Below, piece by piece: positions 28,053 to 36,388 of a DNA stretch of 64,000 nt. The notes beneath the pieces are model-generated. The model made no database searches, was not told the origin of the DNA, and saw nothing but the letters and a program-made list of their open reading frames with translations. Origin of the DNA: Candidatus Latescibacterota bacterium. Its GTDB lineage: Bacteria; Latescibacterota; UBA2968; UBA8231. Made by a program: the position numbers and the translations under genes. Numbering within the stretch: position 1 is the first letter of the stretch; every line of letters starts with the position of its first letter. The stretch spans positions 4,192,001 to 4,256,000 of the forward strand of contig OZ242005.1 of the NCBI GenBank assembly GCA_965204725.1. Reading direction: 5' to 3'.

Positions 28053-29534
28053 TCAGTACGTCCACTGTCGTGGCAGCGGCCGCTCGCGCGCTAGCAGCCG
28101 TTCTAGCAGTCGCTTGCGAACCGCTTGCAAGCGAGTGGCGTATTCGCGGTCGCCCGCCACATTTTGGTAAGCCTGTGGGTCGCGCTCCAAGTCGAAGAGT
28201 GCCTCCGCTCCATCGGCATCCACCACGTAGCGCAACCCCTCCGTGCGCAGCGTTTTCCAGTGCCGCTTGGGCTGGGTCATTTCCGTGATGGCGCAACCGG
28301 GGCCGGCACCGACTAGCTGCCGGTGGGTGCGGAGACCTGCAACAGGGGTCATTTCCGTAATGGCGCAGCCGGGGCCGGCGCCTTCCTCGCAACGCAAGTC
28401 GGGCAGTAGGGAGCTGCCTTGCAAGGCAGCCGGCCGCTGAATTGCGGCAGCCTCCAGTAGCGTGGGCACCACGTCTAATGCCTCGACGATGCGGGAGCAG
28501 TGCCCACCAGCACTTGCCCCAGCGGGCCAGCGCATCAGCAGGGGAACGCGCGTGACCGCATCGTGCCCGGGGTAGCCCTTGCCATAGCGCAGGTGTTGGC
28601 CGAGCCACTCGCCGTGGTCGGACGTGAAGACGACGATGGTGTTGTCCGCAATGCCGAGGGCGTCGAGCCGGTCGAGGATGCGGCCGACGTGGTGATCAAC
28701 CTCGGATACCATGGCGTAATAGCCGTGGTGCGCGGACCGCAGTTCGTCGTCGGAAAAGTGCTGTGGCCCTCGGCGGGCGTCGAGGGCCGGGGGGAAGGAC
28801 GGCAGCGTCAGGGTCGCTGGATCATAGAGATCGAGGAACTCCTGCGGGGCCACCCACGGATCGTGCGGCGAGTAGAAGCCGGCGACGCAGAGGAAAGGGC
28901 CTCCCCTGTGGCGCGTCAAAAACTCCATGGTCTGCTCGGCGACAAACGCCGTGTGGGTCAGTTCACTGCGGCAGCGGCTGGCTAGGGCGCGCTTGACAAA
29001 ACGCTCTTCTGGATGCGCGATCCCGTCGCGGACATTCATAATTCGCTTCCACTCAATTGAACTGGGGGCCTCGCCGAGGCTGATGTAGTCGAGTTGCTCA
29101 GGAGCCTGCGCCGCCACCCAAGCGCGGTACGCATCGTGGTAGGAACCCGGCTCGTCCGAGATTTCCAAGTGATCGAATCCGTAGTCGGGATGAGGCTGGC
29201 GGTGGTCGCGGTTGGCGTGCGGCAGAAAGTGGAGCTTGCCAATCTGGCCGCTGTAATAGCCGTAGTTGCGCAACAAGCGCGGCAGGGTCGGCGCGTCCGC
29301 AGGCACGGGTACTCCCATGTGCGAAAGCCCTAGCGTGGATGGATACTGCCCCGTGAGAAAGCTCACGCGGCTGGGCATACAGACCGGATTCTGCACAAAG
29401 CAATGGTCGAAATTTACCCCGGCAGCAGCCAGCCGGTCCAAGTGCGGCGTCTGGATCTCGGCGTTGCCGTTGGCCCCGAGGGCGTCCCACCGCTGCTGGT
29501 CGGTGTAGAGTATGAGGATATTCGGTCGCTGCAT
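28053..29534 (-). CDS. Formylglycine-type sulfatase
   Basis: PNILILYTDQQR, CMPSR, GKLHF, PHDPW, TSDHGE, LFDLERDP. Confidence 0.9.
   Translation of the reverse strand: MQRPNILILYTDQQRWDALGANGNAEIQTPHLDRLAAAGVNFDHCFVQNPVCMPSRVSFLTGQYPSTLGLSHMGVPVPADAPTLPRLLRNYGYYSGQIGKLHFLPHANRDHRQPHPDYGFDHLEISDEPGSYHDAYRAWVAAQAPEQLDYISLGEAPSSIEWKRIMNVRDGIAHPEERFVKRALASRCRSELTHTAFVAEQTMEFLTRHRGGPFLCVAGFYSPHDPWVAPQEFLDLYDPATLTLPSFPPALDARRGPQHFSDDELRSAHHGYYAMVSEVDHHVGRILDRLDALGIADNTIVVFTSDHGEWLGQHLRYGKGYPGHDAVTRVPLLMRWPAGASAGGHCSRIVEALDVVPTLLEAAAIQRPAALQGSSLLPDLRCEEGAGPGCAITEMTPVAGLRTHRQLVGAGPGCAITEMTQPKRHWKTLRTEGLRYVVDADGAEALFDLERDPQAYQNVAGDREYATRLQAVRKRLLERLLARERPLPRQWTY
28274..28382. repeat. In-frame 37-bp direct repeat pair (72-bp period) inside the sulfatase
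   Basis: 28274-28310 vs 28346-28382; GAGPGCAITEMT appears twice in the protein. Confidence 0.85.
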
Positions 29535-29727
29535 GGGTTGAGTGGAGTCCTTGGCGACGCCGAGCAGATGGGCTATGGCTCGGTCTGGGGTAATGTCTGC
29601 TTGGTACGCCCGGATTTGCGCCGACCCCTAAACAGAAAGCACAGCGGAAAGTCTGGGCCGATGAGCGGATTCAGCGGAAACCAAAGCAGGGCGTGGACGA
29701 CCTTGATTATTTTGTACAGGACGCTTC

Positions 29728-30354
29728 TCATGGTTTTTCTGCCTCGGCGAAGAGTTGATCGGTTACCGCTGCCATTAGCTCTGGGCCGTCGCTCCGGCGG
29801 AAAAGGAACCGCACCTTGCCCTGCTGATCAATCAGGTAGGTATAAGTCGAGTGATCCACCAAGTAGGCCGCCTGCTCCGCTCCGAGGGAGTAATGAGCGC
29901 CATACTGGCGAACCACTTGGTCAATTTCTTCCTTGTTGCCGCGCAGGCCAATCGCATCAATGGCGAAGTAGTCGAGATATTCCGCCAGCTTCTCCTGAGT
30001 ATCGCGCTTGGGGTCCACGGTGACGAATAGGGTCGTCAGCTCCTGCTGGTGCTCGTCTAGGAGCTGATAGACGCGGCCCATCTTCGATAGGGTCACTGGG
30101 CAGATGTCGGGGCAATAGGTGTACCCGAAGAAGAGCATGGCGGCTTGGCCGCGCAAACTTTGCAACTCAAAGGGGGTGCCGTGCTGATCGACGAGCGCGA
30201 AGTCGCCGCCAATGCCGCCAAAATCCTGCAAGGGGGGGACCTCCACAAGAGCGGGGGGTTCGGCGACCGGGGCCTTGTGGGCCTCTGGCTGAGCACGGCA
30301 TGCTCCGAGCAGCGCGAAAACCGCGCAAAAGACCAGCGCGTCAGTCGCCCTCAT
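29728..30354 (-). CDS. SCO1/SenC family copper chaperone (lipoprotein)
   Basis: FGYTYCPDICP, VTVDPKRDT, DHS; lipobox LGAC. Confidence 0.92.
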   Translation of the reverse strand: MRATDALVFCAVFALLGACRAQPEAHKAPVAEPPALVEVPPLQDFGGIGGDFALVDQHGTPFELQSLRGQAAMLFFGYTYCPDICPVTLSKMGRVYQLLDEHQQELTTLFVTVDPKRDTQEKLAEYLDYFAIDAIGLRGNKEEIDQVVRQYGAHYSLGAEQAAYLVDHSTYTYLIDQQGKVRFLFRRSDGPELMAAVTDQLFAEAEKP

Positions 30355-30796
30355 AAAGCCCTTTCTTCCGCACCGGCACCTGTATGCGTTTTTCCGTTCC
30401 ATTGCCAAAGCGCAGTAGCAACTCTACCTCATCGCCGTCCCGTAGCGGCCGACGCAGTTCCATCAGCATCAAATGGGCACCGCCCGGCTTCAGTGCAACC
30501 TCCTCGCCCGCTGGAACCTGTAGCTCTCCGACTTGGCGCATCGTCATCCGGTCGTCTTTGTGTTCCATTATGTGTATCTCGGTTTGCGCGGCGGCCTCGG
30601 TCGTCAAAGCGACCAACGTGACGGGCTCGCCGCCTCGGTTTTCAATGACCAAGTAACCAGCGGCTGGGCTGCGCGGCGGAGGCTCGCGGATCCAGGCGTC
30701 GCGCACGACGATGGGATCGCCGGTGTGCTCTGGGCCGCATCCGACGACCATGAGCAAAAGCGCAGAGACGGTTTTCACCAAAGCGTTCCCTTTCAC
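30341..30796 (-). CDS. PCu(A)C family copper chaperone
   Basis: DAWIRE, EIHIM...MTMR, LKPGGAHLMLM. Confidence 0.9.
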   Translation of the reverse strand: MKGNALVKTVSALLLMVVGCGPEHTGDPIVVRDAWIREPPPRSPAAGYLVIENRGGEPVTLVALTTEAAAQTEIHIMEHKDDRMTMRQVGELQVPAGEEVALKPGGAHLMLMELRRPLRDGDEVELLLRFGNGTEKRIQVPVRKKGLYEGD

Positions 30797-32013
30797 GCTG
30801 GGGGCGGGATCAGGTACTCGCCCTCGCGGATCCCATAGCTTTCCCCGAGCGCGGGGAAGTCAACCCCCGCTCGGCCATTCCAATCCCAGACCACTTCGCC
30901 ATCCTTGACGGTTAGTTCGCAAAACAGCCGCTTGTGGCCTTCCAACCGGCCGCCGAAAGAATCGGCGTAGCCAAAATCCCCCTCCATCTGCTTCAGGGCC
31001 GTCACATCAGCCACGGCCCCCACCGACAGGTGCCCCAACTCGGGGTGGCCGATCTCCCGTGCTGGGTTGATGGTTGAGGCGCGGACGACATCGCCGAGCG
31101 GCATGCCCATCACCAGAAACTTCGACATGGTGGTCGCCATGTCGAGCATACCCATATTCATGCAGAGGGCGTGCAGGTCGGTCGAGATCGAATCTGGATA
31201 GAAGCCTTGGGCAATAGCAGGGACCGCGTTGCGGAAACAGAAACTGCCGGCACCGTGGCCCACGTCCAGGACGATGCCCCGTGCCCGGGCCTCGTGCAAG
31301 TAGGACAGCACCTTGCCCTGTGAGTCAAACCACGGCGTCGGCCCGCGGAAGATGTGAGTGCTTATGTCGCCCGGGCGCAGTTTTTCGCCCAAGAGTTGGT
31401 AGTAAGGGCGTTCCTTTCTGAAGTAGCCGAAGTCAATCATCACCCGCGTCGCGGCCTTTTCGGCGGCCGCGAGCGTACGATTGACCGAAACCCATTCGGG
31501 GCCTATGTAGTGCGCCGTCTTGATGCCGACGACTACGTCCTCGTTTTCTCGCGCCACGCCCGCGGTCTTGTCGGGGTCCATGTCGTACGGATTCTGCTCG
31601 TGGTCAGTTGAAGTCATCCCGGTGCCGGCGATATTGACCAGCGCGAAGAGCCGCGTCTGGCAGCGGTCGATTACCCGGTAGCGAAAGTCCTCAAAGTTGC
31701 GCCAGCCCGCGCTCCCGGTATCGACCAGCGTCGTCACTCCGGTGCGAAAACTAAAGCCATCGGGCAGGATGCTGTTGTCGCCAGCCCACGTGTTGCGGTG
31801 CCCGGCCGTGGCATAGGCGTGGATGTGAATATCCACTAGCCCCGGCGTCACGTAGAGTCCGCTCACGTCAATGACCTGCCCGGCCCCCTCAGTCGGCAAC
31901 GCTGCATCTACGGCCGCGACCACCTTCCCCTTGATGCCGATGTCCTTGGGCGCGTCAATGCCGTTTTGGGGGTCAATCAGATGCCCGCCCTTGAGTACCA
32001 GATCAAACTGCAT
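30793..32013 (-). CDS. Amidohydrolase/deacetylase family metallohydrolase (dihydroorotase-like)
   Basis: PGLVDIHIH, GVTT.VDTGSAG, DVGHGAGSF, SISTDLH. Confidence 0.87.
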   Translation of the reverse strand: MQFDLVLKGGHLIDPQNGIDAPKDIGIKGKVVAAVDAALPTEGAGQVIDVSGLYVTPGLVDIHIHAYATAGHRNTWAGDNSILPDGFSFRTGVTTLVDTGSAGWRNFEDFRYRVIDRCQTRLFALVNIAGTGMTSTDHEQNPYDMDPDKTAGVARENEDVVVGIKTAHYIGPEWVSVNRTLAAAEKAATRVMIDFGYFRKERPYYQLLGEKLRPGDISTHIFRGPTPWFDSQGKVLSYLHEARARGIVLDVGHGAGSFCFRNAVPAIAQGFYPDSISTDLHALCMNMGMLDMATTMSKFLVMGMPLGDVVRASTINPAREIGHPELGHLSVGAVADVTALKQMEGDFGYADSFGGRLEGHKRLFCELTVKDGEVVWDWNGRAGVDFPALGESYGIREGEYLIPPPA

Positions 32014-32087
32014 AGTGAATTTCTCCGAAGACTTGATGAAGGTTAAAAGATAAAAAACAGCACCCCAGTCTGCTACGAGTCCAAACT

Positions 32088-33128
32088 TCAGGCCGGGGTC
32101 TCGACATGCGAGGGCAGGTTGCGCGTAAACCGCGCAAACAGTGCTTTGAGCGCAACGTCGCTGCGCGCCACAAGGCTGGTCACGATCACGGTTGCCCACA
32201 CGCTGCGCCGCGAAATTTTGACCTGCTGCCCACTAGTAAAATCCGCGTGGGCGTGGATGCGGCGCAACGTCAGTACGGCCATGCCCAAGGCCCAAAGACA
32301 GAACCGGCGAATGCCGGTTTCGCGCCCGGGGATGAGCAACGTGAACGCGAGTGCATTGCCGAGGTGCATCCGGGCCAAGCCGATCAGTTTGCCCAGCGCC
32401 GTGCGGAACGCGGGATTGGTGTGGCCGGCCTCGAGTGAGCGCAAATCAAACCCGGCTTGCTCGAATACGTCTCGCGGCAGCCAACACGCGCCGCGCATTC
32501 GGTCATCCCAGAGGTCCTTGAGGATGTTGGTCATCTGCAAGCCTTGGCCGAACGACACTGCGAGCGGCAACAGTTTCTTGCGCTGGCGGTCAATTTCCGC
32601 CGAATAGTCGCAGAACAGCTCCGTGAGCATCTCGCCGACAACGCCGGCGACGTGGTAGCAATAGCGGTCGAGATGGGAGAGATCATCTAGACCTTTGAGG
32701 CCCTGGCTCTGCTGAAACTCGGCCATGCCGTGCGACATGATTCGCACACAGCGCACGAGTGCAGCGCACTGCCGGTCGGAAAACCCTTGCGTGAGCCGGA
32801 GCACCCGCGGGGTGTTGGCCACAAGCTGGTGTTCGGCGAGCGGCATGCTATCGGACAGGCGCGGCGCGAGCTGCTCGGCGAATGGGGCCGGCGGCTCCTC
32901 GCCAGCGATAACCCGGATAAATCGCTCGGAAAACTCGCGCTTCCCGTCGGCCGACAAAGCCGGATCATCTTCAATGGTATCCGCGATGCGGCACAGCAGA
33001 TACGCGTTGCCTACGACATCGCGCAGGCCCGCCGGAAGCTGCGGAATGGTGAGCGCGAACGTGCGCGAGACGTCTTGCAAAATCGCGTGTTGCCACGCGA
33101 GATCAGCGGCGTGTTCATCAGTCGTCAT
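32088..33128 (-). CDS. Squalene synthase (farnesyl-diphosphate farnesyltransferase) / phytoene synthase family
   Basis: VSRTFAL, YLLCRIADTIEDD, YCYHVAGVVG, GLQMTNILKD. Confidence 0.87.
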   Translation of the reverse strand: MTTDEHAADLAWQHAILQDVSRTFALTIPQLPAGLRDVVGNAYLLCRIADTIEDDPALSADGKREFSERFIRVIAGEEPPAPFAEQLAPRLSDSMPLAEHQLVANTPRVLRLTQGFSDRQCAALVRCVRIMSHGMAEFQQSQGLKGLDDLSHLDRYCYHVAGVVGEMLTELFCDYSAEIDRQRKKLLPLAVSFGQGLQMTNILKDLWDDRMRGACWLPRDVFEQAGFDLRSLEAGHTNPAFRTALGKLIGLARMHLGNALAFTLLIPGRETGIRRFCLWALGMAVLTLRRIHAHADFTSGQQVKISRRSVWATVIVTSLVARSDVALKALFARFTRNLPSHVETPA

Positions 33129-33221
33129 GGCTATCTCAAACTATTTCAATATAATATACAATCAAACAGGCCCTTGCACTGCCGCCGCCGCACCCGTTGG
33201 CGAAAACACAGCTTTATTGCG

Positions 33222-33833
33222 ATGGAAATAGACCTTAATCACCGATTCAAAGGCGTCAACTACATCGAATCGCCCAACCAAGGCGGCCTTTTTGCCCCGG
33301 GCGCACCCGACGCGATCATCATTCACTTTACGGCCACCACCAATGCCGAGGCGGCCATCCACACCCTCTGCGACGACCAGCGCGAAAACAAGGTCTCGGC
33401 CCATCTAGTGGTTGCCCGCGACGGCACCGTGACGCAGTTGTTGCCCTTTAACATCATCGGCTGGCACGCGGGCGTGAGCCAGTGGGGGACGCGCACCGGG
33501 TTCAACAAGTATGCAATCGGCATTGAGATCGATAACGCCGGCCAGCTTTGCGAGCGAAATGGCCGCTACGAGTCGTGGTTTGGGCAGGTATATCCGCCCG
33601 AGGAAGTGGTGCGCGGCGTACACCGCAACCAGTCGGAAGCCTCTTACTGGCACCGCTACCCAGCCGAGCAGCTAGAAGTCGTTGAGGCGATTTGCGCCGC
33701 ACTGATCCAATACTACGGCATCCAACACATTCTCGGCCACGAGGAAATCGCCCCTTCCCGCAAGGTCGATCCCGGCCCGGCCTTCCCCCTTGATGCCATG
33801 CGCACTCGGCTCTGTGGCCGACCCCTCGCCTAG
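33222..33833 (+). CDS. N-acetylmuramoyl-L-alanine amidase (Amidase_2)
   Basis: IIIHFT, VSAHLV, WHAGVS, IGIEIDN, GHEEIAP.RK.DPG. Confidence 0.9.
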   Translation: MEIDLNHRFKGVNYIESPNQGGLFAPGAPDAIIIHFTATTNAEAAIHTLCDDQRENKVSAHLVVARDGTVTQLLPFNIIGWHAGVSQWGTRTGFNKYAIGIEIDNAGQLCERNGRYESWFGQVYPPEEVVRGVHRNQSEASYWHRYPAEQLEVVEAICAALIQYYGIQHILGHEEIAPSRKVDPGPAFPLDAMRTRLCGRPLA

Positions 33834-33910
33834 GGGTAGCTGCTTTTCTGTGTTGATCCTTTCGGTTATATTCGCCCTTTCCCCTCTAACCCGTGGGAGG
33901 CGCGAAGCCC

Positions 33911-34045
33911 TTGGCAGTGCCCGCCATTGATGTCCGCGAATTGAGCAAGACCTATAAGGTTGTCGGGAGTGCGGCACTATTCAGGGGCGTCGGCCTAGCG
34001 ACGGTCCATTTTTTTATTTCAAAAAAGGACAATGGGAATGAGTAA
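33911..34045 (+). pseudogene. Remnant of an ABC ATP-binding protein N-terminus
   Basis: GGGAGG RBS then (M)AVPAIDVRELSKTYKV, which degenerates before any Walker A. Confidence 0.45.
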
Positions 34046-35027
34046 TAGACAAAGCGGCATGCACGTCGGGGTGCAAGGGATTGGGACCTCAAAGGTGGAG
34101 CTGGAGTTTCTGGTGCGACACGGGGTGACCCACATGGACGCCGTCGTTGAGGACAACGAGGTCGAGACCTTGGTGCGGCATAAGGCGGCGGCGGCCGAGT
34201 GTGGGGTGAGTATGGAGTCGATCCACATCAGCGTACCCAAAAGCATCACGCTGGCGCGGGACCCGCAGCGAGACCGAGACCTCGACGAGGTCTGCCGCTG
34301 GATCGAAAACGCGGGTACGGCCGGGCTGCGGGCATTGCTCTACAACTTCTGCATCCTGCCGCACCAGCGCACCGCTCCCACGCCCGGGCGCGGGGGCGTG
34401 ACGTACAGCTCATTTGACCTAGCGAAATTCGACAACGAAACGCTGAGCGAAGCGGGTGTGGTCAGCCGCGAAGAAGCGTTTGAGCGGGCGGCCTACTGGC
34501 TCGAGCGCGTGATTCCGGTAGCCGAGGAAAACAAGGTGCAGATGGCCTGCCACCTCAACGACCCGCCAGCACCTGTTCTGCGCGGCGTCGAGCGCTGGAA
34601 CTGGCCGGTGATGGAGGGGCTCAAGCACTTTTCCGAACTAGTCGATAGCCCGTATCACGGCTTTAATTTTTGCTGCGGCGTGGCGTCTGAGGGGCTGGAG
34701 AATCCAGCTGCAGAACTCTGCGATATTGTGCGCTACTTCGGCGAGCGGGGAAAGCTCTTCAATATCCACTACCGCAACATCAAGGGAGGGCTACACAATT
34801 TCCAAGAGGTCTGGCCCGACGAAGGCGACGTAGATATGCACGAGGTGGCATGCACCCTGAGGGACGTAGGCTATCAGTACATGCTGATGCCCGACCACGC
34901 GCCATCTCATCCCGACGACAAGGCACCCGAGGGCGTTTCGGGCCGGGTCCGCCAAGCCTGGGCCTTCCAGTTCGGGTATATCATCGCCATGATCCAAGCG
35001 GCTAATAAAGAAGCGCGAACTACATAG
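34032..35027 (+). CDS. Mannonate dehydratase (UxuA)-family protein
   Basis: YNF, RGG...SSFD, WLERVIPVAEE..V.MACH.NDPP, FNIHYRNI, DEGDVDM, MPDH. Confidence 0.8.
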   Translation: MGMSNRQSGMHVGVQGIGTSKVELEFLVRHGVTHMDAVVEDNEVETLVRHKAAAAECGVSMESIHISVPKSITLARDPQRDRDLDEVCRWIENAGTAGLRALLYNFCILPHQRTAPTPGRGGVTYSSFDLAKFDNETLSEAGVVSREEAFERAAYWLERVIPVAEENKVQMACHLNDPPAPVLRGVERWNWPVMEGLKHFSELVDSPYHGFNFCCGVASEGLENPAAELCDIVRYFGERGKLFNIHYRNIKGGLHNFQEVWPDEGDVDMHEVACTLRDVGYQYMLMPDHAPSHPDDKAPEGVSGRVRQAWAFQFGYIIAMIQAANKEARTT

Positions 35028-35039
35028 GGCCTCTGCGGC

Positions 35040-35939
35040 ATGTTGATCCATTGCCTGAGGGCGGTGCCATTGCTGCTCCTGCTCAGTTCGTTTGGCGGAG
35101 CTCAGTCTCCAGAAGAAAATGCGTCAAGAGAAGACTTGGCGGCGTTGGCGAGCGTTGTCTATCTAGTGGGGGCGGCCAGTGGAGTGGCCCTGCTGGTCTC
35201 GCTGGGGCTGCTCGTCGCACGTTGGCGGTTGGGGACGGTGCAGGCGCGGCGCTTTGTATTGCGCGGCGACGAGCACCAACTACTCGCTCAATTGGAGCAA
35301 GGCCCCAACGGCGGAGAGCTGGAGTTGAGGGATGCCGACGGTGGAATTACCGCTGTGCTGAGCAACAGGCTCCGGTTGTGCGACCGCGAAGGACAGGTGC
35401 GGGCCGACTTGCGGCTGGAGAGCGACAAGGCCCCGCTGCTAGCGCTCTACGACGAGCGGGGCGAAGTGCGAGCGGGCCTTTCGCTGAGCGAAGACGGAGC
35501 CGGCAGCTTGGCCTTTTACGACGCGAGCGGGCAGCCGCGCGCGGGCCTAGGCAGCGGCCACGCCGGCGCTATGCGGCTGAGTTTCTTCGATGCCCAAGGA
35601 CGGATGCGGCTGCAAAGCGGCATCGAAGACGAAGAGAGGCCCTCGCTCAAACTCTACGATGCCCAAGGCGCAGTCCGCGCCACCTTGAGTGTGCGAGCCG
35701 ATGGCATGACCTTGCTCGAAATGCGCGACCAAGACAGCCAGACTCGCACCATCGTCGGCGTACTGGAGGATGGAATCGCTTGGCTTGGAGTTCTCGATGA
35801 AGAGCAGCGTTTCCGCGCCGGGTTGGGCGTACCAAGCGGCGGGAACCCGCGGCTGGATTTCTACGACGAAGAGGGGGAGACGCAGGCCTCTTTGCACATC
35901 AACGACCAAGGCCGTTTTGCGACCGACCCAGATTCTTAG
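35040..35939 (+). CDS. Membrane-anchored hypothetical protein with ~22-aa tandem beta-type repeats
   Basis: Signal peptide, one TM helix, then repeated L.[LF]YD..G..RA.L units. Confidence 0.7.
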   Translation: MLIHCLRAVPLLLLLSSFGGAQSPEENASREDLAALASVVYLVGAASGVALLVSLGLLVARWRLGTVQARRFVLRGDEHQLLAQLEQGPNGGELELRDADGGITAVLSNRLRLCDREGQVRADLRLESDKAPLLALYDERGEVRAGLSLSEDGAGSLAFYDASGQPRAGLGSGHAGAMRLSFFDAQGRMRLQSGIEDEERPSLKLYDAQGAVRATLSVRADGMTLLEMRDQDSQTRTIVGVLEDGIAWLGVLDEEQRFRAGLGVPSGGNPRLDFYDEEGETQASLHINDQGRFATDPDS

Positions 35940-35952
35940 ATTGGCTAAACGT

Positions 35953-36387
35953 TCACAGCTCGTCGTACCGGGGCACTTGGTCAATGAAGCCGCGATCGGC
36001 GACATAGCAATAGTGGACCAAGCCGTTGGTCACCAAAAGACAGCGGGCCTGAACCACGCGGTTGTACGCAGCAATTTGGTCGAAGGTCTGCTGACCGATG
36101 GAGGTGTCGGGCTCTTTGCACTCGGCCATTAGCAGGGCGCGGCCCGTGCGGTCGTGGACGACGACATCGGCGCGAAACCGCTTGCCGTGGAGGTCAATGC
36201 TTTTCTCAATGGCGATCAATCCTCGCGGGTAGCCCAAGCCCGATACTAGATATTGCACCAAGTGCTGCCGCACCCATTCCTCGGGCGTCAATTGCACGTA
36301 CTTGCGGCGCAAAGGGTCGAGTATCTCGCGCTTGCCTTCGACGTGGCGGATGTCAAACTCCGCGGCCGGGAGGTCGAGGCGCTGCAT
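35953..36387 (-). CDS. Stand-alone HsdR N-terminal-domain (HSDR_N_2) protein
   Basis: DPLRRKYV.LTPEEWVRQH, RADVV, ECK, QIAAYN, VTNG. Confidence 0.85.
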   Translation of the reverse strand: MQRLDLPAAEFDIRHVEGKREILDPLRRKYVQLTPEEWVRQHLVQYLVSGLGYPRGLIAIEKSIDLHGKRFRADVVVHDRTGRALLMAECKEPDTSIGQQTFDQIAAYNRVVQARCLLVTNGLVHYCYVADRGFIDQVPRYDEL

Positions 36388-36388
36388 G

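Noticed and set aside
28274-28382. CRISPR-like geometry (37-bp repeat, 35-bp spacer)
   Set aside because: Only two copies, both in-frame sulfatase coding sequence with synonymous differences; no cas genes or leader.
29540-29727. Riboswitch upstream of the sulfatase (CAGCGGAAA twice)
   Set aside because: No recognisable aptamer consensus by eye; an Rfam scan would be needed.
35953-36387. Type I restriction-modification system
   Set aside because: Only the small HsdR N-terminal domain; no helicase, hsdM or hsdS adjacent.
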